Below the pieces are notes generated by a model that saw only the letters and a program-made list of their open reading frames with translations, was not told the origin of the DNA and did no database searches. A DNA stretch of 64,000 bases from Thiohalospira sp. GTDB taxonomy: Bacteria > Bacteroidota > Bacteroidia > Bacteroidales > UBA12077. Location of the stretch: contig JBKHIH010000008.1 in NCBI GenBank assembly GCA_046538755.1, positions 15,115-79,114 of the forward strand, read 5' to 3'. A program made the translations under genes and the position numbers. Below, in pieces: positions 59,259-64,000 of this stretch. Each line of letters starts with the position of its first letter. Position 1 is the stretch's first letter.

Positions 59259-59497
59259 GTCATTCTTAGCCTGCCTGACGAAGAATGACAAGTTGTTTCA
59301 TTTATTTTTTATCTTTTATCTTTTATCTTTTGTTTTATCTCTTTATTGCTCCACGAAGGCGTTATGACAAGAAATATTTATTCTTTGTTTATTAGCATTT
59401 CGAATATCTTGTTTCTTGTAACTTTTGTCTTGTTTCTTGTTTCTCGTTTCTAGTATCTTGTATCCTGCCTTCGGCAGGCAAGCTTGTGTCTTGTATC
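59259..59497. repeat. Repeat-filled spacer: GTCATT..AATGAC hairpin, TTTTATC/TTGTWTC heptamers and CTGCCTTCGGCAGGCAAGC
   Basis: Hairpin at 59259-59289. The 19-nt element at 59465-59483 is in the same heptamer phase as 56455-56473. Confidence 0.82.
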
Positions 59498-59498
59498 A

Positions 59499-60764
59499 TC
59501 AAATCTCTCCTTTGATGTATAAATAATTTACAATTGATTGTACAAGTTTAATTTTATGGGTTTCGTAATTAATTTTTGCTTGTGTTTCTGCATTAAGCTC
59601 TGTAATAAATTCAGTTGAAGTAATTACCCCGTTGTCCAATTTTGAACGAGCACTTTTTGTCACATCTTCGCGTAATTCAATAATCTCTAAATCACTTTTT
59701 ACAGCATTCTTATAATTTCTGATATTTGATTTTTCGTTATTTAACACAACTTCCAACTGTTTATTAAATGATTCTTCTTTGGCCTGGATAATATCTTTGT
59801 TGAACTCAAATATTTCTCTTTGTCTTTTATTTTGGTTCCAGTCCCAAAATTTCCAACGAACACCAAGGCCAAGATAGTAGTAGGTATCAAATTTGTCATT
59901 AAGCATATTTAAACCGGGTTTGCCATAACCAAGTTGCGAAAATGCATAAATCATCGGTTTATTTTGCTTTGATGTGGCTTTTATCGAAAAATCTATCTTC
60001 TCTTTCTGTAAGTTAAATAGTTGATGCTCAGGCCTGCTCCAATCAGAATTTTCAACCAGTTCATATTCAGGGATTTTCAAAATTGAATTTTCATCAATTG
60101 CCATTCCGGTTATTTCAGCAAGTATATTTAAAGCAGCAATTCTTTGATGCTTTATCTGATCGATGTTTTGCCTGAGTTTTAATTTTTCTGCTTTTAAAAC
60201 ATTCAAATCAGATGGTAACAACACCCCGTTTTCTACTCCAGACTCTACCGATGATTCTTTCTTTTCAATCTCCTGCATCATAACATTCATCAATTCTTCG
60301 TTTTTTTGCAGAATTAAAATGGCAAAATAAAATTTATTGACCTGTTCTTTCAGTTGATTCAGTTCAACCTTATTATTTTGCTTATTAACTTCCAACTCAG
60401 CATTTTCAAACTGCTTAGCTGATTTTATTCTTCCCCAGTCATAAATTAACTGGTTTACTTCCAAAACAGCTCTGTACTGGTCTTTATCCGGTTGCGGAAT
60501 ATCTATTCCACCAAAAGGAATATCAATGTCAATATCCATTACTTCCGATTGGTATGTAGCCTGTGCTTTAAATTCAGATTGTGGTAACCATCCGGTTTTT
60601 ATGTTTTGCATCTTTAAATCACTTATGTTGGAATATATTTCCGACTCCCAGGCAAGTGGGTAATTATTCATCATCTGATCATAACAATCCTGAAGATGAA
60701 TCACATTTTCCTGTGCTATTAATGAATTACTAAACCAAAGAAATAATATCAAAACTCGTCTCAT
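59499..60764 (-). CDS. TolC-family outer membrane efflux protein
   Basis: Signal peptide, KAQATYQS, QLIYDWG, GYGKPGLN and NGVITSTEF; located in an efflux operon. Confidence 0.9.
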   Translation of the reverse strand: MRRVLILFLWFSNSLIAQENVIHLQDCYDQMMNNYPLAWESEIYSNISDLKMQNIKTGWLPQSEFKAQATYQSEVMDIDIDIPFGGIDIPQPDKDQYRAVLEVNQLIYDWGRIKSAKQFENAELEVNKQNNKVELNQLKEQVNKFYFAILILQKNEELMNVMMQEIEKKESSVESGVENGVLLPSDLNVLKAEKLKLRQNIDQIKHQRIAALNILAEITGMAIDENSILKIPEYELVENSDWSRPEHQLFNLQKEKIDFSIKATSKQNKPMIYAFSQLGYGKPGLNMLNDKFDTYYYLGLGVRWKFWDWNQNKRQREIFEFNKDIIQAKEESFNKQLEVVLNNEKSNIRNYKNAVKSDLEIIELREDVTKSARSKLDNGVITSTEFITELNAETQAKINYETHKIKLVQSIVNYLYIKGEI

Positions 60765-60768
60765 CTCA

Positions 60769-61392
60769 CTATTTTTTTATTGCATTGGTAATAAAATCCT
60801 TAACAAACTCTTTTCGTTGTTTCAAAAATTGATTATATGCACTTTTATCATTAACAAACATAATTCCCTGTATAATGGGCCGTGCCACAATTGGAAAAAT
60901 ACATAAAGCAATTACATTCGTTAATAAATGTCTTGCATCAATAGATCGAATCATCCCTTTATCAACTTCTGCCTGAATTTGCTTTTGAAGATTTCCAATC
61001 ATATTTTCTTCTTGAATATGAACATTTTTTTCAAAAATATTTACCAAAATCTGTGGGTTTCTATTTAACTCATTAATAACAAAACCGGGTATATAGGGAT
61101 GTTTGTAGAGCAAGTCCATATAATTGTCTACAAAAAAGTTAATTTTTTCCAGAATCGGTTTTTCAGATGCCATCATTTCTTTTACACGTGGTACAAATAA
61201 TGAAAAGGCCAATTCAAAAACTTTTTCAAAGAGTTTTTCTTTGGTTCGATAATAATAATGTAATAAAGCTTTGTTTATACCTGCTTTATCAGCAATCTCC
61301 TGCATCCGGGCACCTGTCATCCCCTTTTTCTGAAATACATCTTTTGCAGCATTTAAAATTTTCTGTTCAGTATTTAATTCATGTTCTGTCAT
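60769..61392 (-). CDS. TetR/AcrR family transcriptional regulator
   Basis: HTH sequence EQKILNAAKDVF...GARMQEIADKAGINKALLHYYYRTKE. Confidence 0.95.
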   Translation of the reverse strand: MTEHELNTEQKILNAAKDVFQKKGMTGARMQEIADKAGINKALLHYYYRTKEKLFEKVFELAFSLFVPRVKEMMASEKPILEKINFFVDNYMDLLYKHPYIPGFVINELNRNPQILVNIFEKNVHIQEENMIGNLQKQIQAEVDKGMIRSIDARHLLTNVIALCIFPIVARPIIQGIMFVNDKSAYNQFLKQRKEFVKDFITNAIKK

Positions 61393-61406
61393 AAAAACTA
61401 TAAAAA

Positions 61407-61463
61407 TTAACCAGTTAATTTAACCAAATTATTTAACTATATATTTTAACCAACTGGTCAAAA
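61407..61463. promoter_or_regulatory. Putative TetR operator array
   Basis: TTAAC(C/T)A at 61407, 61420, 61433 and 61446 (13-bp period). The last copy lies within the imperfect palindrome TTTTAACCAACTGGTCAAAA. Confidence 0.6.
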
Positions 61464-61561
61464 TTAAAAATACTATTTGATTCTACCAAATTTTTAATAT
61501 TATTTTTTAATTTATTATTACCTTTGTATTATCTTCAACCGACAATCAAATCAAATTAGCT

Positions 61562-62260
61562 ATGGTTAAAAAATATCTGATTTTATCAATATTGCTAGTT
61601 AGCTGGTATTCTATCGATGCTCAAAATCTAGCCAATAAGCAATTTTCGCTAATAAATTATAATCTTGATATATCAAAAGAAATCCGTAGCGAATTATCCG
61701 AACTCGATCCTTTGATTAACAGTATTAAAACATATAATGATCCTGGAAATGATAAAATAAAGGCTATATTAATCCACACCATTTATTTTACTTTTAAAGA
61801 GGTAATTGAAAGAGACCTTGAAATAGAAATTTTACCAATCAACACTTTTATGAGGGATGTAAAATATGATGATTATGGCTATCCAGAAACCTCAATACGG
61901 AGAGCGTTACGTAAAGGCTATTCGCAATACTATTTTAAAATTGATGTAAAAATTGAAAGTATTACAAAACAAAAAAAATCGGAAAACTCTGATAAATATC
62001 AAAATATCGATAACACAACAACCTACCCTCAAATTAAAATAAACATGGTAATATATAGCAAAGATGGAATAATTCCGGTATATAACCTTACAGGAACCGC
62101 TGTTGCAACAAATCCTTTACAGGTAAACCAATACTTATTAAATGGATTTGATAATACCATAATGGATATTTCTCCTCCCGGAAAACAACAGGCAGATAAT
62201 ATTTATACTATTTTTTATCGGGCTACCAAGAATCTAATCCAGGATTATCTGAATAAGTAA
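61562..62260 (+). CDS. Hypothetical exported protein
   Basis: Signal peptide (..SIDA|Q) and a TACCTTTG promoter box at 61519-61526. Confidence 0.7.
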   Translation: MVKKYLILSILLVSWYSIDAQNLANKQFSLINYNLDISKEIRSELSELDPLINSIKTYNDPGNDKIKAILIHTIYFTFKEVIERDLEIEILPINTFMRDVKYDDYGYPETSIRRALRKGYSQYYFKIDVKIESITKQKKSENSDKYQNIDNTTTYPQIKINMVIYSKDGIIPVYNLTGTAVATNPLQVNQYLLNGFDNTIMDISPPGKQQADNIYTIFYRATKNLIQDYLNK

Positions 62261-62263
62261 TTT

Positions 62264-63319
62264 ATGCAAAATTATTATGCTTTAGGAATAATGTCAGGGA
62301 CATCACTCGATGGGCTTGATATTGTTTTGTGTCAGTTTTCTTATACAAAAAAATGGGCTTTTGAAATAATTAAAGCCAAAACTTTTAAATATGATCAAAA
62401 CTGGAAAGATCAGTTACAAAGTGCAGAACAGTTATCGGGATTACAATTATTAAAACTTCATAAAAATTATGGCCGGTTTATTGGTAAAAAAATAAAACAG
62501 TTTTTAAAAGATATAAAAGAAAAACCCTGCTTAATTGCCTCGCACGGACATACAATTTTTCATCAGCCTAAGAACAAAATAACTTTACAAATCGGAGATG
62601 GTGCTGAAATTGCATCTGAAACAGGCATTACAACTGTTTCGGATTTTAGGTCATTGGATGTTGCGCTGGATGGACAGGGAGCTCCATTGGTACCCATAGG
62701 TGACGAATTGCTTTTTAACGAATATGATTATTGCCTCAATATTGGCGGATTTGCCAATATATCAACCACAATAGATCATAAAAGAGTAGCTTTTGATATT
62801 TGTCCTGCCAATATTATTTTAAACAAACTCGCCCATAAATTAAACAAACCTTTTGATAAAGATGGAATATTTGGTAAAACAGGAAAAATGAATTCTATTT
62901 TACTCAATCAACTTAATCAAGTGGATTTTTATCAAATGCCAAACCCAAAATCATTAGGGAGAGAATGGGTTGAAGAAGTATTTATTCCTGTTTTAGCTCA
63001 ACAAGAAATTAAAACAATAGATCAAATAAGTACCCTTTATGAGCATATATCTGATCAAATAACAAAAGTTATTTCCAGTAACCCTGAAAAAAAAGTTTTG
63101 ATTACAGGTGGGGGAGCTTACAATAAATACCTTTTAGAACGGATTCGGGCAAAAACCAATACACAAATTATTATTCCATCAAAAAATATTGTTGAATATA
63201 AAGAAGCAATTATTTTTGGATTATTGGGAGTTTTAAGGTTTAATCGTGATATTAACTGTTTATCATCTGTAACAGGAGCAAAAAAAAATTCATCTTCAGG
63301 GGTAATTCACCTCATTTAA
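62264..63319 (+). CDS. anmK: Anhydro-N-acetylmuramic acid kinase
   Basis: Motifs GIMSGTSLDGLD, SHGHTIFHQP, GQGAPLVP, NIGGFAN, KSLGRE and SVTGA. Confidence 0.95.
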   Translation: MQNYYALGIMSGTSLDGLDIVLCQFSYTKKWAFEIIKAKTFKYDQNWKDQLQSAEQLSGLQLLKLHKNYGRFIGKKIKQFLKDIKEKPCLIASHGHTIFHQPKNKITLQIGDGAEIASETGITTVSDFRSLDVALDGQGAPLVPIGDELLFNEYDYCLNIGGFANISTTIDHKRVAFDICPANIILNKLAHKLNKPFDKDGIFGKTGKMNSILLNQLNQVDFYQMPNPKSLGREWVEEVFIPVLAQQEIKTIDQISTLYEHISDQITKVISSNPEKKVLITGGGAYNKYLLERIRAKTNTQIIIPSKNIVEYKEAIIFGLLGVLRFNRDINCLSSVTGAKKNSSSGVIHLI

Positions 63320-63416
63320 ATGTATTTATTAATCATTCTAAACCATTTTATATATTTTTTGTCTTAATAACAATCCTTTTATATTTGTAATTACATAAAA
63401 ATTAACTCAACATATT

Positions 63417-64000
63417 ATGGAAAATTTTACAGCCTATAACCCAACAAAACTTCATTTTGGGAGAGATGTTGTTGAACAACTAGGAGAAGCAGCACAGGAA
63501 TATGGAAAAAAAGTATTATTAATGTATGGAAAAGGTTCTATCAAAAAAAACGGGATTTACGATCAGGTAATTAAACAACTAAAATCTTTTGATGCTGAAA
63601 TTATTGAATATTCAGGAATAAAATCCAATCCGCTGGTTGATGATGTAAACGAAGCTGCTCAACTGGGCAAACTAAGCAATATCGGCTTAATTGTGGCAGT
63701 TGGCGGAGGCAGTGTAATTGATTCGGCAAAAATTACAGCATTATCCATAGCCAATAATACCGACCCCTGGGCAATTATGAAGCTTAAAGTAAAGCCAAAA
63801 GCAACTATTCCACTAATTGCTGTATTAACATTAGCTGCTACAGGTACAGAGATGAATGGTGCTGCGGTTTTACAGAACCATGAAACGGATGAAAAAATTG
63901 GTTTTGTTTCCTCACTGAATTTCCCAAAACATTCATTCTTAGACCCAACCTTTACATTTTCAGTTCCAAAAGATTATACAGCCTATGGCATTGTAGATTT
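63417..64000 (+). CDS. Iron-containing alcohol dehydrogenase (butanol dehydrogenase/YqhD-like), 3'-truncated
   Basis: Hand translation MENFTAYNPTKLHFG...GIKSNP...AVGGGSVIDSAK...TLAATGTEMN; a TATATTTG box at 63380-63387. Confidence 0.9.
   Translation, partial: MENFTAYNPTKLHFGRDVVEQLGEAAQEYGKKVLLMYGKGSIKKNGIYDQVIKQLKSFDAEIIEYSGIKSNPLVDDVNEAAQLGKLSNIGLIVAVGGGSVIDSAKITALSIANNTDPWAIMKLKVKPKATIPLIAVLTLAATGTEMNGAAVLQNHETDEKIGFVSSLNFPKHSFLDPTFTFSVPKDYTAYGIVD

Overview
AT-rich Bacteroidota (probably Bacteroidales/Marinilabiliales-like) chromosomal window with about 50 protein genes and no rRNA, tRNA, CRISPR or transposase. It contains housekeeping and peptide-utilisation genes (pyrBI, rocD, an M13 peptidase, pepD), then a ~22 kb biosynthetic block. 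That block has three parts: (i) a minus-strand mevalonate operon with no HMG-CoA synthase, headed by leucine-catabolism-type genes and a MenA-like prenyltransferase; (ii) a complete his operon; (iii) a Phe/Tyr operon. Further on are a serpin beside T9SS-secreted C1 and M14 proteases, a cyclase-HD fusion, a PorE-like OmpA protein, and a TetR-TolC-HlyD-ABC efflux operon whose spacers are filled with heptamer microsatellites and short palindromes. The main signal outside the ORF track is that both amino-acid operons are preceded by two complete leader-peptide attenuators in series. The his operon has two His-rich leaders, and the aromatic operon has two leaders with mixed Tyr/Phe runs. Each leader has its own terminator, and the modules share sequence motifs. 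All product calls come from motif recognition by eye, without database searches.
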